This document shows positions 26,280 through 36,193 of a stretch of 44,995 bases of DNA, in pieces. The position numbers and the translations under genes are program-made. Source of the DNA: a virus (Duplodnaviria; Caudoviricetes); IMG/VR virus record IMGVR_UViG_3300030372_005089, positions 1 through 44,995 of that record; one strand, 5' to 3'. Below the pieces are notes generated by a model that was given only the letters and a program-made list of their open reading frames with translations, had not been told where the DNA came from and did not search any database. Position 1 is the first letter of the stretch. Every line of letters starts with the position of its first letter.

Positions 26280-29033
26280 TTAGTTGAGGTTAGCGAACGA
26301 GGGGAAGAATCTTGTAATCAAGGCATCTTCGATTTGCATGCGTTCATTGTCACTGAGAGATCGACTGCTGTATTTAGCGTCTATGTAGTCTTGGATTTTG
26401 CTCAATGAATCTTTAAATACTTGGTCGCTGTCTTGGTTTAAAGACATGGGGTCCATGTTTGCAAGTTCTTCGTACAAGCCTTCTGCGCGTATGTTGTCTG
26501 GGTAGGTAGCAGCAGAAACAGAATCCCCGCCGGGTACGCCGAGTGGAACAAAACCCTTGGCAAAGGCTTCAACTGCAGCCATATCGCTGGCATTCTTTGG
26601 GTGCACAACAAGCGTGCCATACTCGTCAATAGCGACAGGTATGTCTATGGTTTCCCCGTTTGCTTCAAGAAGCATGGATTTGCCAATGCCTCGCTGGTCA
26701 TAAATTTGTACTTCAGGCAACGCTTTTTTTACGCGATCAGCAACTGCCTCTGGGTTGCCTATTGAGTAATCGTATTTTTCTTGTGCACTCAAATCGTCTT
26801 GATATTGTTTTCGCGATCGGTCCATTTCCGCCCTAATGTCATCGTCGGTGACGGGCGTAATCAAATCGGTTCGAATTTTTTGCAAAACTCTTTGTGATTC
26901 GTCGACTTGTTGTTGAATTTTATCTACGTTTTCTTTTGCAAGACGCGATGTCTTTTCACCTGGGCCATGTTCCTCAGCGGTTTTTTCGTAAGTAGTTATT
27001 GCTTGGCCAAGATCAGTGTAGAGTTTACCCGCAGTTTTTTCGGCTTCTTCAAATTGAGTTGAATATTTTTCTTCGCGTTGATCTTGCAGAATCTTTCTTG
27101 TTTCTGCGTAGTCAGGCCCCTCATATACAGTCGGATCTTCATCTTTTGTAGTCTTGGGCCTACCTACCGGACGAGGCCGCCTAAATTCTCCATTTGGCGT
27201 GACATAGGCGGTACCGGAGGGCAGTGATCGTGACTGGTCGGAGTCGGTCAACACCGGCGCAGCAATCTGGCTGCCATCCGCTGTTGTGACCAGTACGGCT
27301 GGAAGTTCTTCGGTGAAGTTTGCAGACTTGTATACAAGTTCGCCGCTTTGCGGGTCGCGTGATACGCCGGGCTGAAAAGCCTCATTAGGCATGATTTCTG
27401 GCGCAGTCACCGATAGTTCGTCTTCGGTGAGAACCCGAGTTTCGCCATCTTTAAGTCCAATCGGCGTGCCAGACTCGATAAACGCTTTTTCTTCCCTGTA
27501 TTCGCGTTCGGCACGTTCAAATGCTTCGGCATCTGTAAAAACTTCTTCGTCAGACTTGAGTTGTCGTGCACGCCGCAGAATTTCAGTTCTGTCTTTTTCC
27601 TCTTCTGCTTGCCTTTGTTTTTCTTCTGCTTCTGCATCCCGGATTCTTTTTTCTTCGGCTCGTTGCATCGCAGCAGATCCAGCAGAAATATCCTTGCTGG
27701 CCTCACTCGAATATCTTTGGATTAGGCTGATGGCCTCATCGCCAAGTTGCTCTTCGAGTTGTTGTCTTTGCTGGTCCGTAAGGGGCGTTCCGCCAGTAGC
27801 CCCAATGTTTTTCAACAACTGCCTTGCGGCGCGTCCAACTGCAGTTTGCCCGCCGTCTCTAGCCAACCCGGTAATAGCGTCAATTGGACTCTTTCCGGGA
27901 TTCAATTGCTTGTAGGCGTCGATGAAATCTTGCTTGCTGAGGCTTTGTGCATCTGGCAAAGCCACGCCATTAGGCAAAGCGTAAACTGTAGTTGACGTTG
28001 CACCCTGCGTGAGTGGCCGGTCCAGTTGCACCGTTTGGCCAGTTTGATATCCGCCAGCAGCAGCGGCCTGAGCAGGTGTCATTCCTGCCGCAGCGTCTGT
28101 TGCCTGTGGGGTCGCAGGCTGCCCTGCGGGGGCTGCAGCGGGTGCAGGCGCTCCAGTTGCACTACCAGTCTGTCTAAAGTTCTTGGCCGCCTCAGGGCTT
28201 TCTAGGGCCGCTCTGGCCTCTGGGCTGCGTGGTGGCAATCCTCGCCGCTTGCGTGCCCGCTCCATCAATAGTTCTTGGACCCGTTTTTCGTCGTCTCGTT
28301 TTTGCTGCAGCCGCATCGCCCTTGATCCGGGTTCTTGCGGCCCAATAAAATCTGGACGCTCTTCTGCGGGCCGTGACATGTCCGCCTGTGGCTGATCTGG
28401 TTGGTCTGGCTGGACCGGCCCCATCATCTCTGGCTGTGGTGCAGATGTGGGCCGAATGTCTTGTTCAGTCGCCTGCCGAAACTCGGGTGCCCTCTCTACA
28501 GGAATAGAAAGGTTGGCTTCTTCGTTGGGAATCATGTCCCCAACTTCTGCCATGTATGCGGGTGTTGTGCCTTGTCGAATTCGGTCTTCGCGAGATGCTC
28601 TTGCAGAGCGTTCTTTTCTTAAGGCCGTACGCTCTCCAAGTTTTGCAAGTTCTTCTTGCTGCTTCTGCTTCTGTTGCTGATCTAGGGGTGTGGTGCCCCG
28701 CCTTCTTGCAATGACTGGATCGTTTCGGTATGTAGCAATATCTTCGTCTGTTAGGTCTTCGCCAGCCGCAGCCCTTCTCTTTACATCCAACGACGCAACG
28801 CCCGGCTGAGGCACACCTTTTTCTTGTGGCCCCACAAAATCCAACTGGTTTTCTGCCAATGGCCCAGTTGGCTGCTCTGGCTCACGCGGGCCAACCATTG
28901 GAACTATGTCCGGCGCTCGCCTTGGCTCATTGGCCATGTCGGCCAAAAGTTCAGGGCTTGGGTCAGGAATAACTGGCTGGGTTACGTTCGGTGCAACCAG
29001 TTCGTCTTCGCGTTCTTCGGGTTTCTTAGCCAT
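26280..29033 (-). CDS. Putative internal virion/ejection protein (917 aa)
   Basis: Low-complexity Pro/Gln/Glu-rich with coiled coils; precedes the giant protein. Confidence 0.55.
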   Translation of the reverse strand: MAKKPEEREDELVAPNVTQPVIPDPSPELLADMANEPRRAPDIVPMVGPREPEQPTGPLAENQLDFVGPQEKGVPQPGVASLDVKRRAAAGEDLTDEDIATYRNDPVIARRRGTTPLDQQQKQKQQEELAKLGERTALRKERSARASREDRIRQGTTPAYMAEVGDMIPNEEANLSIPVERAPEFRQATEQDIRPTSAPQPEMMGPVQPDQPDQPQADMSRPAEERPDFIGPQEPGSRAMRLQQKRDDEKRVQELLMERARKRRGLPPRSPEARAALESPEAAKNFRQTGSATGAPAPAAAPAGQPATPQATDAAAGMTPAQAAAAGGYQTGQTVQLDRPLTQGATSTTVYALPNGVALPDAQSLSKQDFIDAYKQLNPGKSPIDAITGLARDGGQTAVGRAARQLLKNIGATGGTPLTDQQRQQLEEQLGDEAISLIQRYSSEASKDISAGSAAMQRAEEKRIRDAEAEEKQRQAEEEKDRTEILRRARQLKSDEEVFTDAEAFERAEREYREEKAFIESGTPIGLKDGETRVLTEDELSVTAPEIMPNEAFQPGVSRDPQSGELVYKSANFTEELPAVLVTTADGSQIAAPVLTDSDQSRSLPSGTAYVTPNGEFRRPRPVGRPKTTKDEDPTVYEGPDYAETRKILQDQREEKYSTQFEEAEKTAGKLYTDLGQAITTYEKTAEEHGPGEKTSRLAKENVDKIQQQVDESQRVLQKIRTDLITPVTDDDIRAEMDRSRKQYQDDLSAQEKYDYSIGNPEAVADRVKKALPEVQIYDQRGIGKSMLLEANGETIDIPVAIDEYGTLVVHPKNASDMAAVEAFAKGFVPLGVPGGDSVSAATYPDNIRAEGLYEELANMDPMSLNQDSDQVFKDSLSKIQDYIDAKYSSRSLSDNERMQIEDALITRFFPSFANLN

Positions 29034-29041
29034 TGATTGCC

Positions 29042-30439
29042 CTACGCAATGAGTCCATCAACGATAGTTTCGCTGCCATCATAAACAACTGGCAACCCAT
29101 AGCCCAGTTCTGACATCGGGAAAAACCGATCAAATTCTTGGGCAAACTTGCCTTCGCCATTGTTAGTGATTTGGGCAGTAAAGAAGTCTTCGAAAGCAAA
29201 ATCCGTTGCGCCGGGAATGATTTGGCAGGCAAGGCCGCCCGGCATTGGGCGGTGCATTTCTGCAAGGCACAAATCATCAATGTGCAATACGACGCCACTG
29301 TTGAAAGCGGTGTCGGTTTTGATTTCAATTCGAATGCCCTTAGAGGGCAGTGTTCGTGGGGTCATGCACACAAAAGTAATCAACGACCAGTTTGTGCCCA
29401 GTGATACGTTGTTGTGCGCAAGGGCTGTTTCCAACTTGCGGTTCGAGTCAGAGTTGTTCAGTGTTGCTGATCCGTCCCAAACCCTGACACGAAGATTGCC
29501 CTGTGTAGGGCTGGTGCCGCTGCGTTTCACTGCAAACGAAAGCGTGTAGAGCGTGTCCGGCTTCAACCGGCCAAGCGTACCACCGGATGAGTTTAGGTTT
29601 TGCGTAAGGGTTACCAGATCGGAGCCATCAGCGGTAATCTTCAACGCACTACCGCTGCGGTAACCAGAGGTGTCTTCGGTTACATCGCTACCTGCACTGC
29701 CTACGTCAATGGACCAGAAGTCCGGCACGTTGGACTGGAACGAATTGAAGTTAGAGTTCTTCAAGATGTTCTGTCCGACAGACGTGCCTTGTTCGTAGTC
29801 TGGGTTTACAGCGGTCAGCACATACCGCATGCCGCTACCCCTTGGCCAATCCTCGTCCAACTTGCCCTCTGCACGCTGGCCTTCGATTACAAATCTCTCT
29901 GCAGAACTAGAAACGTGTGCATTGCTGTCCTCGATACACCTTGCACGAACCAACTCTGTTTTTACACATGCACTGTGCGTGTTGGTGGGCGCATATACCT
30001 GCGACGCTAATGCCGAAAACACAGCGGTGCCATTGCCTTGGTTACCAGAACCGGCAGCGGTTGAAGCAATAGTAATAGTCGTGCCATCTACGTCTTGGTT
30101 CCCGTCTTGCATCTGCCTAACGAGTTCGCGAAGGGCCTGTTGGACTGACTTGTTTGGCAGGCCAGCCCCGCCACTTACAGCAATCAGTGCGTCATCCATC
30201 ATTTCAATCAGTGTTTTTTCTGCGTCTTGCTGGATAACACGCTGCAGAGACATTGCGTCGTTTATGCGTGTTTCAAAGTTGGCAGACAGGTTGCCGACCA
30301 TATCCATATCAGCATCTGAATACTGATTAATGATGTTGGCGTACTTTGTTCGCAACCCTGACTGGTTGCCACGCAAAGTTTCAGCCATAGCGAAAAGTTT
30401 GCCAAGCCTGCCAAAGAGTGTTGCAAAAGTAACGGCCAT
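29042..30439 (-). CDS. Virion protein with probable carbohydrate-binding-like beta-sandwich domain
   Basis: NILKNSNF...PDFWS, LKPDTLYTLSFAVK and LHIDDL resemble CBM4/9-type motifs. Confidence 0.6.
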   Translation of the reverse strand: MAVTFATLFGRLGKLFAMAETLRGNQSGLRTKYANIINQYSDADMDMVGNLSANFETRINDAMSLQRVIQQDAEKTLIEMMDDALIAVSGGAGLPNKSVQQALRELVRQMQDGNQDVDGTTITIASTAAGSGNQGNGTAVFSALASQVYAPTNTHSACVKTELVRARCIEDSNAHVSSSAERFVIEGQRAEGKLDEDWPRGSGMRYVLTAVNPDYEQGTSVGQNILKNSNFNSFQSNVPDFWSIDVGSAGSDVTEDTSGYRSGSALKITADGSDLVTLTQNLNSSGGTLGRLKPDTLYTLSFAVKRSGTSPTQGNLRVRVWDGSATLNNSDSNRKLETALAHNNVSLGTNWSLITFVCMTPRTLPSKGIRIEIKTDTAFNSGVVLHIDDLCLAEMHRPMPGGLACQIIPGATDFAFEDFFTAQITNNGEGKFAQEFDRFFPMSELGYGLPVVYDGSETIVDGLIA

Positions 30440-30441
30440 TG

Positions 30442-30771
30442 TTAGTTCTTTCTACTAGGAAGCAAGTTATTCAACGCGGCTCGACGTTTGCCGCAGTTGC
30501 ATCCCCCGGTTTTTGTCCGGGTGACCTTTTGGTTTTTGTTTATGAAAACGACTGCCTTTTTCTTTTTTGCTGGCACGAGTTTGTCTAAACCCAACTTTTG
30601 GATTACTGCGTGCACTTTGTCGCCAAGCCCGCGTCCGGGGCCAAGGTATGCCATGCACGTTGCACAGTCCGATTTTATAGGATGCCCATCAACTCTTTTA
30701 ACAAGACACCCCTGTACAACGTCAAGGTGCAGGCATTTTGACGCCAATTTTTTGTGACTGTTTTTTTGCAT
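30442..30771 (-). CDS. Small Cys-containing protein (GLGD...CNCGKRRAALN)
   Basis: Coupled to the Cys-rich gene; possible metal-binding or tail-fibre chaperone role. Confidence 0.7.
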   Translation of the reverse strand: MQKNSHKKLASKCLHLDVVQGCLVKRVDGHPIKSDCATCMAYLGPGRGLGDKVHAVIQKLGLDKLVPAKKKKAVVFINKNQKVTRTKTGGCNCGKRRAALNNLLPSRKN

Positions 30772-31838
30772 TAACTAAGCGCCCCTGATTGAGAATGAAA
30801 CCAATTTTCTGCCTTTTGAAACTCGCAATTGTCTATGCAGCCGCTCGAAGATTGCGTGCAGGTTTCATTTATTCTTGCGCCGCCACCGCAATAATAAATA
30901 CATTTGTCACCTGAAACACACTCGTCGTATTCGTCGCAATTAACATCAAAGTCTCCAACTTGTAGGCAGCCTGCATCGTTAACGCCGCTGCAATCACTTA
31001 CCACTGCAGGGCGTGGCCACCAAGGACCGCCGGTAGCCCTTCCGCCAATGTGCACCAGTGTGCATTCTTGGCTGTTTTGTTCTGCCTCAACAACGTAGTA
31101 AGCCTCGCCGCGAACGTCATAGAAATTTGCAGGTCCATCGTTTGGGCCGCGATCTTCGCAGTCACATGCGTCGTCTTCGCAAGTGTCGTTGTTTTCTTTG
31201 GTTTCTTCGTAAGACCCGTTCCACTGTTCTGCATTTGGGCTCATGCTAACGCTTACTTTTAACACGCATTTTCCTGCTAAATTCTCGTATTGCAATCCGC
31301 ATCGGCACAACTCAGGCAGTTGCGTGTTGCAAGAGTTGCCACACTCAAAGTCTTCATCAATAAAAATAAATCCTGCGCCAATTTGTGGGTTTCCGGTGTT
31401 AACAGAACGTGTTACCTGCATTCTCGTGTCAGCGTAACGGGACATTCTTGTGCTGCTTTGTCGCGTAGGGTCGCAGCCTTCGCTCGTGCACTGGCATCGG
31501 CCGCATGGGCAATTGCAATAGTTTAGGTCTTCGCTGGTGTACCGGACAAAACCGCTCTCTGCAATTAATTGCGTAGGTATCAGGCACATAGGGCTGTTGA
31601 TTGCACCCAAGTCAACCAAAAAACTGCAGTTGCAATGAACGTTAGTTTGGTCTTCGACTAAGCGCCCGCCGGGCCCGCATGCAACAGGGAGGCATTGGCC
31701 AAAGTCTGTTCTTTCGTATCTACTAGCGCCGGTATAGTTAAAACTAAAATGCGCAATGCTTCCTTCTGGAAAAAAACAGTTGCAAGACGGGTAGCACGGG
31801 TTTGCATTATCGCAACAACAGGCGGCGTAAGTCGTCAT
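30771..31838 (-). CDS. Cysteine-rich putative receptor-binding/tail protein
   Basis: About 35 Cys in 355 aa, N-terminal CCC; located in the tail module. Confidence 0.65.
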   Translation of the reverse strand: MTTYAACCCDNANPCYPSCNCFFPEGSIAHFSFNYTGASRYERTDFGQCLPVACGPGGRLVEDQTNVHCNCSFLVDLGAINSPMCLIPTQLIAESGFVRYTSEDLNYCNCPCGRCQCTSEGCDPTRQSSTRMSRYADTRMQVTRSVNTGNPQIGAGFIFIDEDFECGNSCNTQLPELCRCGLQYENLAGKCVLKVSVSMSPNAEQWNGSYEETKENNDTCEDDACDCEDRGPNDGPANFYDVRGEAYYVVEAEQNSQECTLVHIGGRATGGPWWPRPAVVSDCSGVNDAGCLQVGDFDVNCDEYDECVSGDKCIYYCGGGARINETCTQSSSGCIDNCEFQKAENWFHSQSGALS

Positions 31839-32155
31839 CGAATTTCACGCCCATACACAACCATTGAAATTTTGTCTGCGGTAGCCGCAAACGCAGTCAG
31901 TTTGTCGCCAGATAAAAGGTAGATAGGGTCATCAATAACTACCGTTGTGTTTGCAGCAATTGAAACAGCCGAATACAAGTTGTAACTTGCACTACTCGTT
32001 TGGTTGAATGGAACATGCCGGATGGTTGTTGCAACACCCGAAGAATGTGCGTTAGCAATCCAAATAGAGTCGATTGCGAACTTTTGGCCTTGCTGTCCAC
32101 TGACAACGGTGACTTCGTTTGTGGACAACAACTCGGAGTGAAATCTAGTAGCCAC
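31835..32155 (-). CDS. Small beta-rich virion protein
   Basis: 106 aa; IWIAN and YLLSGDKL motifs; overlapping coupling on both sides. Confidence 0.65.
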   Translation of the reverse strand: MATRFHSELLSTNEVTVVSGQQGQKFAIDSIWIANAHSSGVATTIRHVPFNQTSSASYNLYSAVSIAANTTVVIDDPIYLLSGDKLTAFAATADKISMVVYGREIR

Positions 32156-32891
32156 CTGTGTTCCCTCCGTCTTGGTTCATGATGTTGCTTGGTGGCGTGC
32201 CGCCATTTCTGCGTATTTCTTCAGCGACTGCTTGCAGGTTCTGCATGCGTTCGGCCAAATCCAACACGTCGCTGGTTGTCACGTCTGCGGTTCTTGAGTT
32301 TCTGTTTTCCGGCAAAAATCCGTCAAGGCCCTCGATGCATTGAACGTTTAGCCTTGGCTGGCCACTAGAAAAAATACAAACCTGTGGATTGCGTCCAATC
32401 ATCACAGCGAGGACGCATGTATCCGTTTTTAGCCGCATGCCTGAAATGATTTCAGCAGTTTGCGGTTTAATGTTGGGATTGTTTTGGTTGCCGTAAATGT
32501 CAATGCCTTCTGCTGTTTCGCAGTTGTAAACATCCACTTTTTTAGGATCGTCGGCGTTCGGCAACAAAGAAAAGAAAATGCCTTGTGGATACCGCACCCC
32601 GTTGACCGCTGGTGGGTCTGGGCAGTTTCCGCCGGGCGTTTGTGCGACGGTGACTTCTTCAAGAGACTCTTCGTATGGAGTTCCTTCACCGTCAGCATCT
32701 TTGATCATGAAAAAGCCAATTTCCAGACCCTGTGTTTGTTTACGAACTTCTTCCATGACGATAGATCGCACACGGTTAAGGTCCGTAGCCATTTTGTTGA
32801 GGCGTTGGATTTCGGTAACCATGTCAGTGATCAGTTCTTTGAACTCATCATTAGCCAAAACCTTCAAGTCTGCTGGTGGTACAAGTGACAT
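32145..32891 (-). CDS. Hypothetical tail-tip protein
   Basis: 248-aa ORF in the tail operon; positional call. Confidence 0.55.
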   Translation of the reverse strand: MSLVPPADLKVLANDEFKELITDMVTEIQRLNKMATDLNRVRSIVMEEVRKQTQGLEIGFFMIKDADGEGTPYEESLEEVTVAQTPGGNCPDPPAVNGVRYPQGIFFSLLPNADDPKKVDVYNCETAEGIDIYGNQNNPNIKPQTAEIISGMRLKTDTCVLAVMIGRNPQVCIFSSGQPRLNVQCIEGLDGFLPENRNSRTADVTTSDVLDLAERMQNLQAVAEEIRRNGGTPPSNIMNQDGGNTGGY

Positions 32892-33677
32892 TTATCCTGT
32901 AATTCCTGTGTCTGGCACGTTTATAGCAATCCAGCGTGCTTCATTACCGGTTCCGTCCGCCTCTTGCCATTCAAGTATTTGCTTGTAAAACCCACTTCTG
33001 CGGTAGGTGTAATTAAGCGCGCCGTACCACCGAGTTGAGCCAGAATATGTATCTGTTGGTTGAATCGCTTTGAACTCTGCGCCTTCAAAACGGACACCAT
33101 TTAGCGTAACGCCGCCAAGAGTGATTGACCCTATGTTGCCTACAGTATTCCCTAGATTTAGTTCGCTAGTGCTGATTGGATTAATAGTGGTAGAAAATGG
33201 CACTTGGATATTCAAAACAGGCAAGTTTGCCAACCAAGGACTTGGCTTATCGTTTCGATCAGTGTTGGTTCCTGCTGGGCCACCGGGCTTCACAAAATCT
33301 CTGCCCTGTCCGCCATACGGAAGTCCGTTTACATATTCTGTAGGCGTGCAATAAACTTCCATTGATTCATAAGCAACGCGTATGTTGTATTTTGTGGCTC
33401 CGCCTGCGGTACTGATTGGCGAAAACCGTTTACGAACATACTGCACAGAAACCAGCCATCGGTTGCTGCCAACCGACTGTGCTGTAATTTTGTCTGCAAG
33501 CAACGCTGCTTCATCTGGGTGTGATGCAGATGTAAGTGCAGAGGTAACAGTTGTAATGGCCTCGCCTCGGTCGTCGGCTTCTACAAGAAACTTCCGCAAC
33601 GCAGAGTCTTGCTCGTAGTTTTGAAATGCAATTGTAAGTTGCGAACCCGAGATGTCACTTGCGAGGACTTGTGCCAT
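32892..33677 (-). CDS. Putative distal-tail/hub-like protein
   Basis: Follows the tube-like genes; HPD...WLVSVQY pattern; inference. Confidence 0.45.
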   Translation of the reverse strand: MAQVLASDISGSQLTIAFQNYEQDSALRKFLVEADDRGEAITTVTSALTSASHPDEAALLADKITAQSVGSNRWLVSVQYVRKRFSPISTAGGATKYNIRVAYESMEVYCTPTEYVNGLPYGGQGRDFVKPGGPAGTNTDRNDKPSPWLANLPVLNIQVPFSTTINPISTSELNLGNTVGNIGSITLGGVTLNGVRFEGAEFKAIQPTDTYSGSTRWYGALNYTYRRSGFYKQILEWQEADGTGNEARWIAINVPDTGITG

Positions 33678-33946
33678 TACGACAAACCTTGGTTGAGCGT
33701 GTTGGAAATTGTTTGCAGTTCAGCCAGCATCTCGGTCAACAATGCGTTGACTGTTTGAAGTTGGTTTGTGGTGTCCTCTGAAGCAAGTTGTGCTTCATTG
33801 ATGGAGCCGGGGTCAATTTCAAACCCCTCCCCGCTTCCGCCTTGCGCGGAAGAGGACTCACCAAACTCTGGTGCTTCTGGATTGCCTTGCTCTTCTAGCA
33901 GCCGTGCAATACGTTCTAGTGCTTCTATTTCTTGTGATTGACTCAT
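33677..33946 (-). CDS. 89-aa helical protein, possible miniature tape measure
   Basis: Amphipathic helices at both ends; lies between tube-like and hub-like genes. Confidence 0.4.
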   Translation of the reverse strand: MSQSQEIEALERIARLLEEQGNPEAPEFGESSSAQGGSGEGFEIDPGSINEAQLASEDTTNQLQTVNALLTEMLAELQTISNTLNQGLS

Positions 33947-33953
33947 TTAGTAC

Positions 33954-34469
33954 CTATGTGCCTACAACTTCGGTAATGCCCTCGCCGGTGTTTGCAACAA
34001 TTGTTGCGCCGAATCCGCTGTGTATCTGGCCGATAACTTGGACTGGGACGCTTGGCCCCCCTCTTGTCCACTGTACGCGAACATCGGTTATAGCCATTCT
34101 AAATTTAAGACTGTGCGTTTTAGGAGAACTGTCGGTTTGCTCTTGGCCAATGCTAATAAAAACGTCCACATCTTCTGCAGGCAGGTTTGCAAAACCCAAA
34201 TCCTTACCAGCAATTATGTACCCAGACATACGCACTGTGCCAGTTGTTCTTCCCTTGTGCCGCAAGCGAACCGCAGGGTAAGACGTGGTGCTGGGATCGT
34301 CATTACTGTCCAACGGTTCTGGAGTTGCGTCAATCATCGGCGTCTGGACATTCATGTCCATGCTGCTCAGTTTCATGGTAAAACTGGTAGCAGAATTTGC
34401 ACTTATGTCAGAACCAACAACAGTGAGAATAGCCGATCCAGAAGTTGTGTTTGGATTCAGAATTGCCAT
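33954..34469 (-). CDS. Tail-tube-like protein, paralogue 2
   Basis: Colinear similarity with 34470-34919. Confidence 0.55.
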   Translation of the reverse strand: MAILNPNTTSGSAILTVVGSDISANSATSFTMKLSSMDMNVQTPMIDATPEPLDSNDDPSTTSYPAVRLRHKGRTTGTVRMSGYIIAGKDLGFANLPAEDVDVFISIGQEQTDSSPKTHSLKFRMAITDVRVQWTRGGPSVPVQVIGQIHSGFGATIVANTGEGITEVVGT

Positions 34470-34919
34470 TTAGTTTGTCTCATCGACAGGCAAGTCTGCG
34501 GTAACATTGTCTGTAACAACGCCTTGCACAGCAACGCCAACCAGACCTTGCAATCTGTTCCAATCAACAACGATGTTGCTGATCATCAACTTGAATTTGT
34601 AAACCCTGTCTGTGCCAGAAGTACCAGAGCCGAGTTTAAAGTGTGCGGTAACCGGATTGTCGCCGCTGGACAAATTCTCAATTCCAATATGGTCGCTTGC
34701 TAGCATGAACCCGCGAAAAGATACCTGACCCCGAACCTCGCCTGCATGGTCGTAGTGCGGGAGGGCATCTCCGTCACCGGTTGTGTCTGCAATGTTGGTG
34801 CTGAAGTTAAACTGCACAGCCTGCACCTTCATATAAATTTTGTTGCCAGCGTCGCCAATCGTTGAGCCAGACTCAAGGACAGCGGTACCGGCTGTTTGCG
34901 GTTTAAGCAGGTCAACCAT
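34470..34919 (-). CDS. Tail-tube-like protein, paralogue 1
   Basis: 149 aa; DTT motif, GQVSFRG strand and alternating beta pattern typical of tube proteins. Confidence 0.55.
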   Translation of the reverse strand: MVDLLKPQTAGTAVLESGSTIGDAGNKIYMKVQAVQFNFSTNIADTTGDGDALPHYDHAGEVRGQVSFRGFMLASDHIGIENLSSGDNPVTAHFKLGSGTSGTDRVYKFKLMISNIVVDWNRLQGLVGVAVQGVVTDNVTADLPVDETN

Positions 34920-34928
34920 AACTAGGCT

Positions 34929-34948
34929 CCGTCAACTATGGTTTACGG
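34929..34948. promoter_or_regulatory. Palindrome motif B (CCGTCAACTATGGTTTACGG)
   Basis: 19/20 identical to the reverse complement of 9072-9091; overlaps the RBS of 34470-34919. Confidence 0.8.
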
Positions 34949-35164
34949 TCAACTCTGGGTGCCGACAACAACCCAGTTAGCGGTCACCGCAGAGTCGTTG
35001 TTGATGTACAACTTTCCATTCGTAACATCTACTGCAAGTGCACCCTTGCCAAAACCGGCGATGTCATCCGTGGGGACACCTTCAAAAATTCCAAGAAACT
35101 TGCCTTCGAAAGCAGTGCCGGTTTGTGTTTGTCCGAGTTCATACACGGCGTTGTGTGCAGACAT
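34949..35164 (-). CDS. Small virion protein (71 aa)
   Basis: GALAVDVTNGKLYIN...W fibre/decoration-like motif; GGAG RBS. Confidence 0.65.
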   Translation of the reverse strand: MSAHNAVYELGQTQTGTAFEGKFLGIFEGVPTDDIAGFGKGALAVDVTNGKLYINNDSAVTANWVVVGTQS

Positions 35165-35176
35165 TAATTACTCCGT

Positions 35177-36193
35177 TCAGGGATAAAGTACGTTTCTGTG
35201 TGTAACAGTTTGCATCCGCCTACGCGACGGAATTTGCGTGATGCGGTCAGAGTTGTCCGCGTTGTAACCAAAACCGTCAGGAAGCATGTTCCTGCGGTCA
35301 AATGAAATTGAGGCAGCAAGCCGCTCTTGATACCGGGCTTGCATCTTGCCGGGGTTATTAAATTCATCAACCATTTGCTCGGCAATAGTCAGGCACGAAG
35401 CAAGGATGGTTTCGCTATGCACCATGCCACCAAGCGGCACGTTGTTGTCATAAGAACTGCTACTGCTGTCGTCAGCAGGACTGTTCGGCATGACTGTGTA
35501 GGCAAAGTACAGATCGTAAATTTTGTCAGGAAACGGGAACAGGGTCAGTTTGTATCCCTGCGCAGAAGTCGTTTCGTTGGTTACGTCCGCTGGAATGATT
35601 GCTGCATATTCTGGAACATCCTTGCGAATGTCCCCCTGCGAACGCAACATCCTAATAGCAGACTCATTTACCAACTTTAGTGGCACATAGTTGTCGCCGT
35701 CCCGGTAGGTAAACGCACCTTTGATGCCACCAAAATCTGATGGAAGCGTGTATTCGTTGGCAATGATTTCGTAACTAGAAGCAGAAGTAATATTTGTTTC
35801 TAGTGCACGATCCAAGGAGATTGCAGCAGCGCCTCCACGGGCTGCTACTTCTCGTATTTCGTCGTTGGCGTGAAAAATTCTGCCTATCATCGCGTCTGTA
35901 AAAGTGGTTCCGCTTCCGGTCACGGCTACGCCATTCACGGTAACAGTACCCGTAGTGTATGGGGCTACGGTTGCGATAACGCCCTCGCCGCGTAGAAATG
36001 ACCATTCGTGTGACGAACTTTCGTTAGGAAGTGGTGCAGGGTTGTAAAACTGACGAAGCCCACGTTCGATGCATACAAGCACATCGCCACGAGGCCCAGC
36101 AGAAAGTCCGTCGAAGCCTGTTTCTCGGCCATAACCAAGATATCGCTGCACTTCTTCTCGGAGGTCTTTGAATGTGTTTTGCAGTGTAGCCAT
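35177..36193 (-). CDS. Head-tail adaptor (tail tubular protein A-like) with inserted beta domain
   Basis: HEWSFL, EYTLPSDF and LFPFPD motifs; GTVTVNG..VTGSGTTFT insertion. Confidence 0.65.
   Translation of the reverse strand: MATLQNTFKDLREEVQRYLGYGRETGFDGLSAGPRGDVLVCIERGLRQFYNPAPLPNESSSHEWSFLRGEGVIATVAPYTTGTVTVNGVAVTGSGTTFTDAMIGRIFHANDEIREVAARGGAAAISLDRALETNITSASSYEIIANEYTLPSDFGGIKGAFTYRDGDNYVPLKLVNESAIRMLRSQGDIRKDVPEYAAIIPADVTNETTSAQGYKLTLFPFPDKIYDLYFAYTVMPNSPADDSSSSSYDNNVPLGGMVHSETILASCLTIAEQMVDEFNNPGKMQARYQERLAASISFDRRNMLPDGFGYNADNSDRITQIPSRRRMQTVTHRNVLYP

Noticed and set aside
33735-33751. GTCAAC-N5-GTTGAC as a motif B site
   Set aside because: Spacer is 5 nt rather than 4 and does not fit the YNYA consensus
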